Source of the DNA: Dehalococcoidia bacterium
GTDB taxonomy: Bacteria > Chloroflexota > Dehalococcoidia > Lucifugimonadales > Australimonadaceae
Length of the DNA stretch: 64,000 nucleotides
NCBI GenBank assembly: GCA_965242755.1
Contig: OZ251500.1
Location: 2,625,339-2,689,338, forward strand
Direction of reading: 5' to 3'
In this document: one piece after another, positions 27,601 through 37,321 of the stretch
Numbering within the stretch: the stretch's first letter is position 1
Layout of the letters: each line of letters begins with the position of its first letter
Program-made: the position numbers and the translations under genes
Notes under the pieces: model-generated
What the model was told of the DNA's origin: nothing
What the model saw: only the letters and a program-made list of their open reading frames with translations
The model's database searches: none

Positions 27601-27695
27601 CATTGGGGCGCCCCCTCACCGTCGGGAGAGGGCAGCCGCGAAGCGGCGCGCGCGGGTGACGCCCAGGCGCCCCGCCCGCCCCGTGAAAGCGCCCA

Positions 27696-28610
27696 CTACC
27701 GGGCGCGCGCCGCGGCGGCGAGTTCGGCGTTCTCCGAGACCGCCGTCCCCTCCGGGTCTTCCCACGCGAGTTGCCCGCCGAGCCCGTGCTCAATGTTCCA
27801 CGTTGGAACGTCGAAGCACTTGCCCGTCACCTCGCTCGCAGCGTCCTGCTTGGCGAGGAAGAGCGCGAGCGGAACCATGTGGTCGGCGCGGAGCGGAAGG
27901 GGCGCGTTGGGGTTGCCCATCCCCAACTCTCGCCGCGCAATGTTCTGCTCGTCGAACCCCGTCGTCCGCGTATGGCCGGGAACCATCACGTTGACCGCGA
28001 CGTTGTCGATCCGGACTTCGTCGGCGAGGTAGAACATCATCGCGAGGAGGGCGGCTTTCGTTGACTGATAGGGCATTTCGCGGCTGTTGGGGCGGAGCGC
28101 GGCGTAGGCGCCCCCATGCGAGTGATGCAGCGCGCCGCTGCTGATGACGGAGACGACGCTGCCGGAGCGCTGCTCGATCATCGGGCGGATAAAGCGGCGC
28201 GTCGCCTTGAGCGCGCCGAACACGTTGACCGCGAACGCGCGCTCCCAGTCTTCGTCGCTCGTCTCCAGCGTCGTCGTCCGCCCTGTCGGAGGGAAGAGGA
28301 TGCGCTGGCGCATCGCCGCGTCGTTGATGAGGACGTCGCAGGTTCCCCACTTTCGCATCGTCGCGGCGTAGGCGGCGTCCAACTCCGCGTCGCTCGTCAC
28401 GTCGGCGGTTGCGACGATGACGTCGTCGGGGCGCGCCCGCAGTTCGTCGAGGAAGGCGGAGTCCGCGTCGCCGGAGAAGCCGGTCGGCTCCCATGAGAGG
28501 TCCATCGCCGTGACCTTCGCGCCCTCCGCGAGGAACGCCTGCGTGAACGCGCGCCCCATGCCGCGGGCCGCCCCGGTGATCGCCGCAACCTTGCCGGACA
28601 GTTCCGCCAT
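27696..28610 (-). CDS. Short-chain dehydrogenase/reductase (SDR) family oxidoreductase (paralog of 21930-22835)
   Basis: TGAARGMG and INDAA. YQSTKAAL catalytic Tyr/Lys. Same unusual C-terminal extension as its paralog. ATG at 28610 with GGAGG SD. Confidence 0.9.
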   Translation of the reverse strand: MAELSGKVAAITGAARGMGRAFTQAFLAEGAKVTAMDLSWEPTGFSGDADSAFLDELRARPDDVIVATADVTSDAELDAAYAATMRKWGTCDVLINDAAMRQRILFPPTGRTTTLETSDEDWERAFAVNVFGALKATRRFIRPMIEQRSGSVVSVISSGALHHSHGGAYAALRPNSREMPYQSTKAALLAMMFYLADEVRIDNVAVNVMVPGHTRTTGFDEQNIARRELGMGNPNAPLPLRADHMVPLALFLAKQDAASEVTGKCFDVPTWNIEHGLGGQLAWEDPEGTAVSENAELAAAARAR

Positions 28611-28723
28611 CGTTCGCCTCCGCGCTCCGGCTCCGCGCCGGATGATGCCCCAATCATACGCCGACCGCAGGCGGGGCGCGCGGCGTTGACGCGCGCCCCT
28701 TTGCGCCTGTATCCTTTCGCGCA

Positions 28724-29506
28724 ATGAACTCCGACTCCTCCCCCAACGTTTGCGAGCATGTTCCCAGTCTGCCGGACGAACGGATCGAGTTCGTCTTTGA
28801 CGCGCGCGCGGGGCTCTTGGACGAGCCTGCTCCCGGCGGGGACGCCCTCATCGCGACCAACCTCCGGCTCGTCCGCGTCGGGGCCGGGCACGGGTCGCGC
28901 GTCTTGACGATGCTTCCGCTGAGCAACATCTCCGCCGTGGAGGCTGTGGACACGGGGCGCGCGTTGGACAAACTCGGGCAGGGGATACTGCTGCTCGCCG
29001 TCGGCCTCGCGCTCGGCGGCGGGAGTTGGGTCGTCTTGGGGGTGCAGGCGCTCTCCGTGCTGCTCGGCGGTTTGCCGATGCTCGCGGGCGTCTACGCGCT
29101 CGCGGGGTGGGCGTTCCCCGACACGGAAGGCCAGTTGCGGATCCATACGTTCGGCCAGGTTTTCGCGCAGCCGTTGCGCTCATCCGCCGCGCGGCGCGAC
29201 GCGCCCGAGGCGGCGGCGCGGCTGTATTCGCTCGCATGGAGCGAGACGCTCGCGGGCGCAAGCAAACTCGTTGAAATCGTGACCGCCGCCGCCCAAGATG
29301 TCGGCCCCGCGCCAACGGACGGCGCCCCCGCGTCAACGGACGGCGAGCCCGCGCCAACGGACGGCGAACCTGCGCCAACTGCCGGCCCCGCGTCAGCGGA
29401 CGGCGCCGGAGGCGGAAGCGCGCCGGAGTCCGATGCCTTGCGCCCCGTCTCAGAGTCCGCCGAGCGCGGCGGCTCGCTCTGGGGCTGGTTTCGCAAAGCC
29501 GACTAA
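28724..29506 (+). CDS. Hypothetical membrane protein with C-terminal 7-residue tandem repeats
   Basis: Two or three central TM helices. The C-terminus has PAPTDGA/PASTDGE/PAPTDGE/PAPTAG/PASADGA encoded by ~21-bp tandem repeats (~29305-29410). No family recognised. Confidence 0.6.
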   Translation: MNSDSSPNVCEHVPSLPDERIEFVFDARAGLLDEPAPGGDALIATNLRLVRVGAGHGSRVLTMLPLSNISAVEAVDTGRALDKLGQGILLLAVGLALGGGSWVVLGVQALSVLLGGLPMLAGVYALAGWAFPDTEGQLRIHTFGQVFAQPLRSSAARRDAPEAAARLYSLAWSETLAGASKLVEIVTAAAQDVGPAPTDGAPASTDGEPAPTDGEPAPTAGPASADGAGGGSAPESDALRPVSESAERGGSLWGWFRKAD

Positions 29507-29540
29507 CCGCCGCCCGCAGGCTTCGCCTCCCCCTCCCCGC

Positions 29541-31022
29541 CTACCCTTCCGGCTTGCGCCAGCGCAGTTCCGGGCGGCGCGCGGCTCGCGCCTCGTCTAG
29601 GCGGGAGACAGGCGCCTCGTAGGGCGCGCCGCGTAAGAACGATTCGTCCGCCGCGGCCTCCGCGTCTATGCGATGGAGCGTCTCGACGAAAGCGTCGAGC
29701 GTCTCCTTCGATTCGGTTTCCGTCGGCTCGATCATCAGCGCTTCGGGGACGACGAGGGGAAAGTACATCGTGGGGGCGTGGAAGCCGTGATCAAGCAGGC
29801 GCTTGGAAACGTCCAGCGCGGTCGCGCCGGGCCGCTTGCGCGCGGAGAAGACGACCTCGTGCATCACGGGGCGGTCGAACGGCAGATCGTAGAGGGGGCG
29901 GAGTTTGGCGAGGAGGTAGTTCGCGTTGAGGACGGCGGCGCCGCTGACGTCCAGCATGCCGTCGGCGCCCAAGAGCGTTATGTAGGAGAGCGCGCGGATG
30001 AGCACGCCGAAGTTGCCTTGCGCGCCGCCGATCCGCCCGATGCTCCGCGCCGGCGTTTCGCTTCCGTAGGCGCCGTCGCCCCGGCGGACGACGACGGGGC
30101 CCGGAAGGAAGGGCGCGAGTTCGTCCGCGACGCAGATCGGGCCGGCGCCGGGACCGCCTCCGCCGTGCGGCGTGCTGAACGTCTTGTGCAGATTCATATG
30201 AACGACGTCGAAGCCCATCTGTCCGAGTTTGGCGCGACCGAGCAGAGCGTTCATATTCGCGCCGTCGGCGTAGACGAGCCCTCCCGCCTCGTGGACGACG
30301 CGGTTCATTTCGAGCGCGTTGCGGTCGAAGAGGCCGAGCGTCGTGGGCTGCGTGAACATCACGCCCGCGAGACCGCCGTCCGCCTCGCCGCGCACCGCGT
30401 CGAGGTCTATGTCGCCGCCCGGATCCGAGGGGACGTGGACGACCTGAAAGCCGGCCATCGCCGCGGACGCGGGATTTGTGCCGTGCGCGGTGTCGGGGAT
30501 GAGCATCTTGCGGCGGCTTCCCTCGCCTCGAGATTCGAGCGCGGCCCGGAGCGTGAGGACGCCCGCGAGTTCGCCCTGCGCTCCAGCGAGCGGGGCGAGG
30601 CTGGCGGCGGGCAGTCCGCTGATCTCCTGCAGGAAGGTTTGGAGGCGGAACAGCGCCTCCAGCGCGCCCTGCGTCTGCCGCTCCGGCTGGGCGGGGTGCG
30701 CGAGCGCGAATCCGGGAAGCGCCGCGATAGCCTCGTTCACCTTCGGGTTGTACTTCATCGTGCAACTGCCGAGCGGGTAGAAGTTGGTGTCCACGGAGAA
30801 GTTCAACTGGCTGAGATGCGTGAAGTAGCGGACGACCTCGCCCTCCGCGACCTCGGGGAGTTCCAGGTCGTCCCGCAGCATCGAGGCGTCGGGCATAGGC
30901 TGCGGCGGAACGTCGGATTCCGGGAGCGCGGCGCCGCCGCGTCCGGGCCGGCTGCGCTCCATCAGCAGCCTGCGGCGGTCGTGCGCTTCCTCGCGCAAGG
31001 GAGGCGCTCCCTCCGGCGTCAT
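29541..31022 (-). CDS. gcvPB: Glycine dehydrogenase (decarboxylating) subunit 2
   Basis: FYPLGSCTMKYNPK and the PLP-Lys context HMNLHKTFSTPHGGGGPG. ATGA overlap with the gcvPA stop. Confidence 0.95.
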   Translation of the reverse strand: MTPEGAPPLREEAHDRRRLLMERSRPGRGGAALPESDVPPQPMPDASMLRDDLELPEVAEGEVVRYFTHLSQLNFSVDTNFYPLGSCTMKYNPKVNEAIAALPGFALAHPAQPERQTQGALEALFRLQTFLQEISGLPAASLAPLAGAQGELAGVLTLRAALESRGEGSRRKMLIPDTAHGTNPASAAMAGFQVVHVPSDPGGDIDLDAVRGEADGGLAGVMFTQPTTLGLFDRNALEMNRVVHEAGGLVYADGANMNALLGRAKLGQMGFDVVHMNLHKTFSTPHGGGGPGAGPICVADELAPFLPGPVVVRRGDGAYGSETPARSIGRIGGAQGNFGVLIRALSYITLLGADGMLDVSGAAVLNANYLLAKLRPLYDLPFDRPVMHEVVFSARKRPGATALDVSKRLLDHGFHAPTMYFPLVVPEALMIEPTETESKETLDAFVETLHRIDAEAAADESFLRGAPYEAPVSRLDEARAARRPELRWRKPEG

Positions 31023-32338
31023 CGGGCGGCCTCCGCGAGCGCGTCCGCGAGGCGGTCTATCTCGGCGCGCGCGTTGGTTTCGGTCACGCAGAGGAGCATG
31101 CCGTTGGGGAAGCGATCGCTCACGTCCAGCCCGCCGATGATCCCGGCGCGCTCCAGCGCGGCGTTGATTTCGGCCGGAGGCGCGGGGCAGGAGACGACGA
31201 ACTCCTGAAAGAACGTTCCGCTCAGCGGAAGGGAGTAGCCGGGAACGGCGGCGATGCGGGACGCGGCGTAATGCGCCTTCTGGTAACAGAGTTCGGCGAC
31301 GCGGCGCAGCCCCCGCTTGCCCATCAGCGCAAGGTAGACGGCGGCCCAGAGGGCGACGAGCGCCGTGCTGGTGCAGATGTTGGAGGTGGCGCGCTCCCTG
31401 CGAATGTGCTGCTCCCTGGGCTGCAGCGTGAGCACGTAGCCCTCGCGCCCCTCCGCGTCGACGGTTCGCCCGGCGATGCGTCCGGGAAGTTGCCGGATGT
31501 GCTCCTGCCGGCAGGTGAAAATGCCCACGTAAGGCCCCCCGAAACTGAGGGGAACGCCCAGCGCCTGCCCCTCGCCCGTCGCGACGTCGGCCCCGAAATC
31601 GCCGGGGGGGCGGAAGAGCGCGAGCGCGGTCGGGTCGCACGACATTACGCAGAGCGCGCCCTGCGCGTGCGCGAGGTCGGCGAACGCTTGGGAGTCCTCG
31701 AAGTAGCCGAAGAAGTTGGGGTATTGCGAAACGAGGCAGGCCGTGTCGGGCAGCAGTCGAGGAGCCGCCGGATCGGTCTCGTAGACATCGATTCCATGCG
31801 GCTGCGCGTAGGCGCGGATCACGGCGAGATAGTTGGGATTGACGGAGTCGAGGATGGCGGCGCGGGCGCGCTTCGTTACGCGGCACGCCATCAGAACGGC
31901 CTCCGCGAGGCTGGTCGCGCCGTCGTACATCCCGGCGTTGGAGACCTCCATGCCGAAAAGTTGCGCCGTGAGCGTTTGGAACTCGAACGTCCCCTGCAGC
32001 GTTCCCTGCGAAACCTCCGGCTGATAGGGCGTGTAGGAGGTGAGGAACTCCCCGCGCGTCACGAGCGGCGCGACGGCGGCGGGGCAGAAATGGCGGTAGA
32101 CGCCCGCGCCGAGGAACAGCGGATGCTCCCCCGCGTGGAAATTCCGCCGCGCGAGCGCCTCCATCTCCGCGCGCAACTCCATCTCCGACATCGGAGAGGG
32201 AAGGTTCAGCGCCGGATGGCGGAGCGCGTCGGGAACGTCGGCGAACAGATCCTCGACGGACGCCGCGCCCACGGCGGCGAGCATCGCGGCGCGGTCGTCG
32301 TCCGTGTTGGGAATGAAGGGAGAGGCGATGGGAGCCAT
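31019..32338 (-). CDS. gcvPA: Glycine dehydrogenase (decarboxylating) subunit 1
   Basis: FLGAGVYRH, TSYTPYQPEVSQGTLQ, REQHIRRERATSNICT. Confidence 0.95.
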   Translation of the reverse strand: MAPIASPFIPNTDDDRAAMLAAVGAASVEDLFADVPDALRHPALNLPSPMSEMELRAEMEALARRNFHAGEHPLFLGAGVYRHFCPAAVAPLVTRGEFLTSYTPYQPEVSQGTLQGTFEFQTLTAQLFGMEVSNAGMYDGATSLAEAVLMACRVTKRARAAILDSVNPNYLAVIRAYAQPHGIDVYETDPAAPRLLPDTACLVSQYPNFFGYFEDSQAFADLAHAQGALCVMSCDPTALALFRPPGDFGADVATGEGQALGVPLSFGGPYVGIFTCRQEHIRQLPGRIAGRTVDAEGREGYVLTLQPREQHIRRERATSNICTSTALVALWAAVYLALMGKRGLRRVAELCYQKAHYAASRIAAVPGYSLPLSGTFFQEFVVSCPAPPAEINAALERAGIIGGLDVSDRFPNGMLLCVTETNARAEIDRLADALAEAAR

Positions 32339-32346
32339 AGGAGAGG

Positions 32347-32727
32347 CTACGCCGTGAGGGCGGCGTAGGCGGGCGCGTCCATGAGCGCGTCGAGTTCGGA
32401 TGCGTCGTCAACCCTGACGCGGATCAGCCAGCCGTTTTCGTAGGGGCTTTCGTTGACGAGTTCGGGGTTGTCCTTCAGGTCGGCGTTCACTGCGGCCACC
32501 TCGCCGGAGACGGGAGAGAAGAGTTCGGAGACGGCCTTGACGGACTCGATCTCGCCCATCTTGGCGAATTGCGCGACGCGCTCGCCGGGGGCGGGCAGTT
32601 CGACGTAGACGACGTCGCCCAACTCATGCTGGGCGAAATCGGTGACGCCGACGAGGACGGCGCCGTCGGGCTCGGCGAGCGCCCATTCGTGCTCTTTGGA
32701 GTAGCGTCGGTCTTCGGGAACGGCCAT
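32347..32727 (-). CDS. gcvH: Glycine cleavage system H protein
   Basis: YSKEHEW, and the lipoyl-lysine motif GEIESVKAVSELFSPVSGEV. Confidence 0.95.
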   Translation of the reverse strand: MAVPEDRRYSKEHEWALAEPDGAVLVGVTDFAQHELGDVVYVELPAPGERVAQFAKMGEIESVKAVSELFSPVSGEVAAVNADLKDNPELVNESPYENGWLIRVRVDDASELDALMDAPAYAALTA

Positions 32728-32856
32728 CGGCGCCCACCTCGCCTCGCGGATTGGGTTGCGGGGAGATTATACGCGCAAACGGCGCGTTGCTGTCCTGAGC
32801 GCGTAGGGAGAATCCAGTCGCACACGGGCGGGGTGGGGCGCGCAGGGGAGGCCGTA

Positions 32857-33346
32857 GGCCATAAAGGCCATAGGCCATAAAGAAGTGCGCGCCGAACGGG
32901 CCCGCGCCCCCGAATATGGCGGAGAAGAAGCCCTGCCCGACGCCGACCGCCGCGAGCGCGCGCAACGGCACGGCCCTCCCCGCCGCGACGGGGAGATGGC
33001 GGTAGGCCACGAGCGCGAGCAGGAACGCGCGAAGCCCCCGCGCCAGCAGGTCGGCGGGGATGTAGGCGAACACGGCGGCGCCGAGCGCGGCGGCGGGCAC
33101 CGCTCCGAGGCTGTACCAACGCGCCGCGCGCCAGTCCACGTAGTCGCGGTTGGCGACGCAACGCGAGAAGGTGTTGAAGAGCATCGCCACGGTGATGATC
33201 GGCACGGCGAGGCGGACGCCGAACGCGAACGCGAGCACGGGAATGGCGATGATCCCCGTGCTCATCCCCGTGACGCCCCCGACGACCGCCGCGAGCAGCG
33301 AGGTCGCCGCGACGGCCGCCGCGAGCGGCGCGCTGATCTCCGGCAT
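32857..33346 (-). pseudogene. TSUP (TauE/SafE) family anion exporter, 3'-truncated
   Basis: The first ~163 aa match the TSUP pattern (GGVTGMSTGIIAIPVL..., GFFSAIFGGAGPFG). Homology ends at ...FFMAYGL, where ATGGCCT slippage repeats and a degenerate REP module (CGACTGGATTCTCCCTACGCG) begin. The remaining ORF overlaps gcvH and is non-homologous. Confidence 0.65.
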
Positions 33347-33356
33347 CGCCCGCGGC

Positions 33357-34457
33357 CTACAGCCGCTCGATGATGAGATCGGTCATATGCTCCGTGGTGG
33401 AGAACTCCGCGCCGGGAGGAGCGAGGTCCGCGGTCCGATGGCCGTCGCTCAGGGCGCGCTCGACGGCGGACTCGAGCGCGGCGGCCTCCTCGGCGAGGCC
33501 GAATGAGTATCTCAGCATAAACGCCGCGCTGAGGATGGAGCCGATGGGGTTCGCCTTGCGCTGCCCCGCGATGTCGGGCGCGCTGCCGTGGCTGGGCTCG
33601 TAGAGGCCGCGAATCTTGCGGGGCTTGCCGCGCGCGTCCGCGCCCGGCAGCCCTGCGAGGCTCGCCGACGGCAGCATGCCGAGCGACGCCGAGAGCACCG
33701 CCGCCTCGTCGGAGATGATGTCCCCGAACATATTCTCCATCACCATCACGTCGAAACTCGCCGGCCGCGTGATCAGCAGCATCGCGCAGGAGTCCACCAA
33801 CTGATGCTCCAACTCGACATCGGGATAGTCGGCGGCGACCTCGTTGGCGACCTCGCGCCAGAGGCGGGACGATTGCAGCACATTGGCCTTGTCGACGGAG
33901 GTGAGTTTGCGCCGGCGCCCGCGCGCGAGTTCGAATCCGACGCGCAGTATCCGCTCGATCTCCTTCTCGGAGTAGAGGAGCGTGTCCACGCCTTTGCGCC
34001 CCGCCTTCGTCGCCCAGCGCTTCTTGGGCGGCGCGTAGTAGAGGCCGCCGGTGAGTTCGCGGAGAATCACCATATCCGCGCCGCGGACGCGCTCGTCCTT
34101 GAGCGGGCTCGCGCCCTCCATGCCGGGGAAGACCTTGACCGGGCGGATGTTGGCGTAGAGGCCGAGCGCCTTGCGGAGCCCGAGTATCGCCGCCTCCGGG
34201 CGGACGGGCGCGTCGTCCCACTTGGGCCCGCCCACCGCGCCGAACAGCACGGCGTTCGCCTGCCGGGCGGCGCGGACGGTCTCGTCGCGCAGGGGCGTCC
34301 CGTAGGCGTCTATCGCGCCGCCGCCAACGACGTCCGTCCGGTAGCGGAACGTATGCCTCCAGCGCGCCGCGACCGCATCGAGCGCGCGTTTCGCGGCCTC
34401 CGTAACCTCGGGCCCGACGCCGTCGCCGGGGAGAACCATGATGTCGAATGTGGGCAT
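33357..34457 (-). CDS. leuB: 3-isopropylmalate dehydrogenase
   Basis: MPTFDIMVLPGDGVGPEV..., RELTGGLYY, NMFGDIISDEAA, SHGSAPDIAG. Confidence 0.95.
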   Translation of the reverse strand: MPTFDIMVLPGDGVGPEVTEAAKRALDAVAARWRHTFRYRTDVVGGGAIDAYGTPLRDETVRAARQANAVLFGAVGGPKWDDAPVRPEAAILGLRKALGLYANIRPVKVFPGMEGASPLKDERVRGADMVILRELTGGLYYAPPKKRWATKAGRKGVDTLLYSEKEIERILRVGFELARGRRRKLTSVDKANVLQSSRLWREVANEVAADYPDVELEHQLVDSCAMLLITRPASFDVMVMENMFGDIISDEAAVLSASLGMLPSASLAGLPGADARGKPRKIRGLYEPSHGSAPDIAGQRKANPIGSILSAAFMLRYSFGLAEEAAALESAVERALSDGHRTADLAPPGAEFSTTEHMTDLIIERL

Positions 34458-34524
34458 TTTGCGTTACCTCGCTCTTGCGAAAGAGCCGCCTCATCGTAAG
34501 GGGCCGGGGCGCGACGGCGCAAGG
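34352..34524. repeat. Direct repeat DR1: native leuB 5' end (first ~35 codons) plus ~65 bp upstream
   Basis: Near-identical to 37499-37665 and 39221-39385 (same orientation). Confidence 0.9.
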
Positions 34525-34534
34525 GCTCATCAGC

Positions 34535-35425
34535 CTAGGTGGGAGAGGGCATCTTTGCCGTCAGGTCCTTAAGGACGGCCTCTGTCTCATCGATGACCTC
34601 TTTTATCAACGCGAAGGCGCCTATACGTCTGTCGTAGTGTTGTATTCCGAATTTCCCATTCCGTTTTCCTTTGATTGCCTCCAACCCATCCGATGGGGAA
34701 TCAGGGCGGGCTGGGTACCGGGTATAAGCCTCATGCGGAAACGTAACGGCACTGAGCACGAACAGCCCTACGAAAGCATCCACTCGTTTGAAGTACCAAC
34801 CCACTTGCCTTCTTGTGATTGAAGCAGTCACGAGCCGTCCGGTGGCACCCGATGAATTATTCCGATGGATGCTGATAATCAACTTAGCGAATTCATAGGT
34901 GCTTTTGTGTTGGAAATTAGGGAGTTTTCTGGTAACCTCATGAGCGAGCATTTCCGCAGAACCGGTAGACGTATCCGCGAATGTGAATTTCTGAGAGCGA
35001 GGGAAACGCTTGATTTCCGCGGCGCGTTTGCCATTCCGCGTTTCGCGGACGGAGAGAAGAGGGCGGACGGCTTCAGGGGGCATGACCGCTAGTCGCGCCC
35101 ATTGCTCCGGGTCGTTGACAAATCTATCTAGCGTATCGTATGAACTTTCACTAATAAGCTGATTAATGGCTGGAGTTATATCGGCTTTCTCTCTCACCTT
35201 TGCGGCAAACCTAAGGAACACCTTCAGCGGCCTGTGGCGGATTCCGAAAACGTCGTCAAACGAGTCCCCCCACTCGAGGAGCAGCGCCTTGCACGCCTTC
35301 TCGACCGACTGCTGGATTGTGTACAGCGCGAAGACGGGGTCACTCGCGGCAAACGCACGCGCAGCCTTCGCGTCGGCCAACGAGCGTTGGAACCACAATC
35401 CCACGTATTCCGGCATGTTGACCAT
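34535..35425 (-). CDS. HEPN-superfamily protein (large, ~296 aa)
   Basis: From MVNMPEYV: WFQRSLADAKAARAF...ALYTIQQSVEKACKALLLEWG...RHRPLKVFL matches the HEPN N-terminal helices, and the C-terminal ...PHEAYTRYP matches the HEPN RYP region. GC is markedly lower (~50%) than the surroundings. The 5' extension in the track is probably non-coding. Confidence 0.5.
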   Translation of the reverse strand: MVNMPEYVGLWFQRSLADAKAARAFAASDPVFALYTIQQSVEKACKALLLEWGDSFDDVFGIRHRPLKVFLRFAAKVREKADITPAINQLISESSYDTLDRFVNDPEQWARLAVMPPEAVRPLLSVRETRNGKRAAEIKRFPRSQKFTFADTSTGSAEMLAHEVTRKLPNFQHKSTYEFAKLIISIHRNNSSGATGRLVTASITRRQVGWYFKRVDAFVGLFVLSAVTFPHEAYTRYPARPDSPSDGLEAIKGKRNGKFGIQHYDRRIGAFALIKEVIDETEAVLKDLTAKMPSPT

Positions 35426-35881
35426 GCTATCAGAACGGCAACCAGCGGAGCGTCGAATCCACCGCTGCGAGGGCCGGGCTAGGGAAGCGCGACTGGCGGA
35501 GCGTTGCGGAGACGGCTCGTATCCGAATGGCTGGCCTCCTTTCGTTTCGGTCGGGTCCCGCCGGGATGAGGGCGCACCCCGCCCCATCCCCATCTGGTCA
35601 TTATCCACCGTAATCCCGCGCCTGCAGGAGCGCAACCCCTGCGGAACCGAATTTTGGGCCAATTTCCGGCGGTTCCGCGCGCGCCGCCACCGAACGCTAC
35701 GAACGAACACGAACGAACGCTACGAATTCTCGCACTTTCCCGCCTACGCGGGAATGACGATGCGCCTCTGCGTCAGGGGGGGCGGAGCGCCCTGCACCCG
35801 TCTTGTGACGCTATCGCGCCGGTGGTTCTTGCGTGGTGGTCTCTGCGTAGGCGGGCATGGGCGCGGCGCGGATTCCATCCA

Positions 35882-37321
35882 CTACCCGCCCCCGGAGATA
35901 GAGAAGTGCGTGCGGCGCGCTTTCGTCTCCTCCCGCAGTTGCTCAAGGGGAATGATGCGCGAGTTCTTGACGCTGTTGCAGTTGCCGCACAGGAGTTGCA
36001 GGTTGGCGTCGATGTCGGGGCCGTCCGCCGACGTGGGATGGACGTGGTCTATGGTGAGCGCGTGGATCGGCATGGGCCATTCGCAGCCGTTGCACTTGCC
36101 GCCCTGCGCGGCGTGGAGCACGGCCCTGATGTTCGCGGAGCGGCGAGCGCCGACGGGCGCCGGCGGCAAATCGGTGCGCTTCGGCGCATCCATGCGCCGC
36201 GTCACGTCGCCGACGAACCCGGAGAACGGGCGTCGCGCGCCATGCAGGTCGCCGGAGGCGATTTGCACTTCCTTGGCGAGGCGCTCGACGACGAGGTCGT
36301 AAGCCTTTTCGGAGAGGTCTACCCCTATCCATTCTCGCCCCAACTTCTCCGCCGCGACGCAGGTGGTGGCGCAGCCGCAGAAGGGATCAAGCACGAGGCC
36401 GCCCTCGTTGGACGACGCCCTAATAATGCGCTCCAGCAGCGCGATCGGCTTCTGCGTCGGGTAGCCGGTGCGCTCTTTTCCGCTCGCTATGCTGATGTCG
36501 GTCATAATGTCGGGGAGAGGCTTGCCCTTGGCCTCGTCCAAGTACACTTTGCGACGGGGAGTCGAGCCGCGGGACGGCCAGTAGATTCGCCCGTCGGCAT
36601 CCAATTCCTCCAAGCGGCGCATCGGGAACTTCCAGACATCCTTGATGCCCCGCCAGGTGTACTCGTAGCCGCCGCCGGTAAGCGTGCGAGCGTGAAGAGG
36701 AGAGGTGGTGAAACTGCCCCTCTCATCCTGATAGCGGTAGTTTTTTCGCACCACATCCTCTCCCAGCGGCTGGTATTGCGTGTTCCAAACCGCGTTGTGA
36801 GGGGCGTAGAAGAGCAACCTATCGCCGACGCGCCCATACTTGCGCGCGTCGTTGTGGGAGCCGTAGCGCTGCCAAACAATTTCATTCCTGAACTGCGATG
36901 CTCCGAACACGGAGTCCATGACGGCTTTCAGGTAATGGACAGCCGTGTCGTCGCAGTGGAGGTAGATGCTGCCCGCGGGTTTCAGGACGCGACGCATTTC
37001 TATGAAACGCACCGCCATATAGGTGAGGTAGCCCTGCATCGCCGGGCCGGAAGCGAAACCGGACGCCCTGATCGCGTAATGGAGCGCCGGGTTGCGCTCC
37101 TCGATCTCGTCAACCCACTCCTCTTTGACATCGTCGAGCGTCCAGGCGTCTTTGAAAGCCGCCCCAGCGGAGATGGACCCGACGGGAGCGCTCCACTGCT
37201 TGCCGGAGTTAAAGGGCGGGTCGAGGTAGACGAGGTCGACGGTCGAGCTGTTCATGCCGCGCAAGACGTCGAGGTTGTCGGCGATGAAGAGGGTGCGGTT
37301 GGCTATCGTATTCTCGGCCAT
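35882..37321 (-). CDS. Beta-class N6A/N4C DNA methyltransferase fused to a C-terminal HNH endonuclease domain
   Basis: Motif IV comes first (VYLDPPFNSG), then TGYPTQKP and motif I VLDPFCGCATT (PF01555-like order). The C-terminus CNGC...IDHVHP....NLQLLCGNCNSVK is an HNH motif. Confidence 0.85.
   Translation of the reverse strand: MAENTIANRTLFIADNLDVLRGMNSSTVDLVYLDPPFNSGKQWSAPVGSISAGAAFKDAWTLDDVKEEWVDEIEERNPALHYAIRASGFASGPAMQGYLTYMAVRFIEMRRVLKPAGSIYLHCDDTAVHYLKAVMDSVFGASQFRNEIVWQRYGSHNDARKYGRVGDRLLFYAPHNAVWNTQYQPLGEDVVRKNYRYQDERGSFTTSPLHARTLTGGGYEYTWRGIKDVWKFPMRRLEELDADGRIYWPSRGSTPRRKVYLDEAKGKPLPDIMTDISIASGKERTGYPTQKPIALLERIIRASSNEGGLVLDPFCGCATTCVAAEKLGREWIGVDLSEKAYDLVVERLAKEVQIASGDLHGARRPFSGFVGDVTRRMDAPKRTDLPPAPVGARRSANIRAVLHAAQGGKCNGCEWPMPIHALTIDHVHPTSADGPDIDANLQLLCGNCNSVKNSRIIPLEQLREETKARRTHFSISGGG

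Noticed and set aside
32728-32880. Looked for a glycine riboswitch upstream of gcvH.
   Set aside because: Only a short CTCAGGACAG resemblance was found. The conserved GGAGAG...ACCGAAGGGGCAA core is absent, and the region is partly a degenerate REP module. A TATAAT (reverse complement of 32766-32771) may be a promoter, but support is weak. gcvT, the usual riboswitch-controlled first gene, is not in this cluster.
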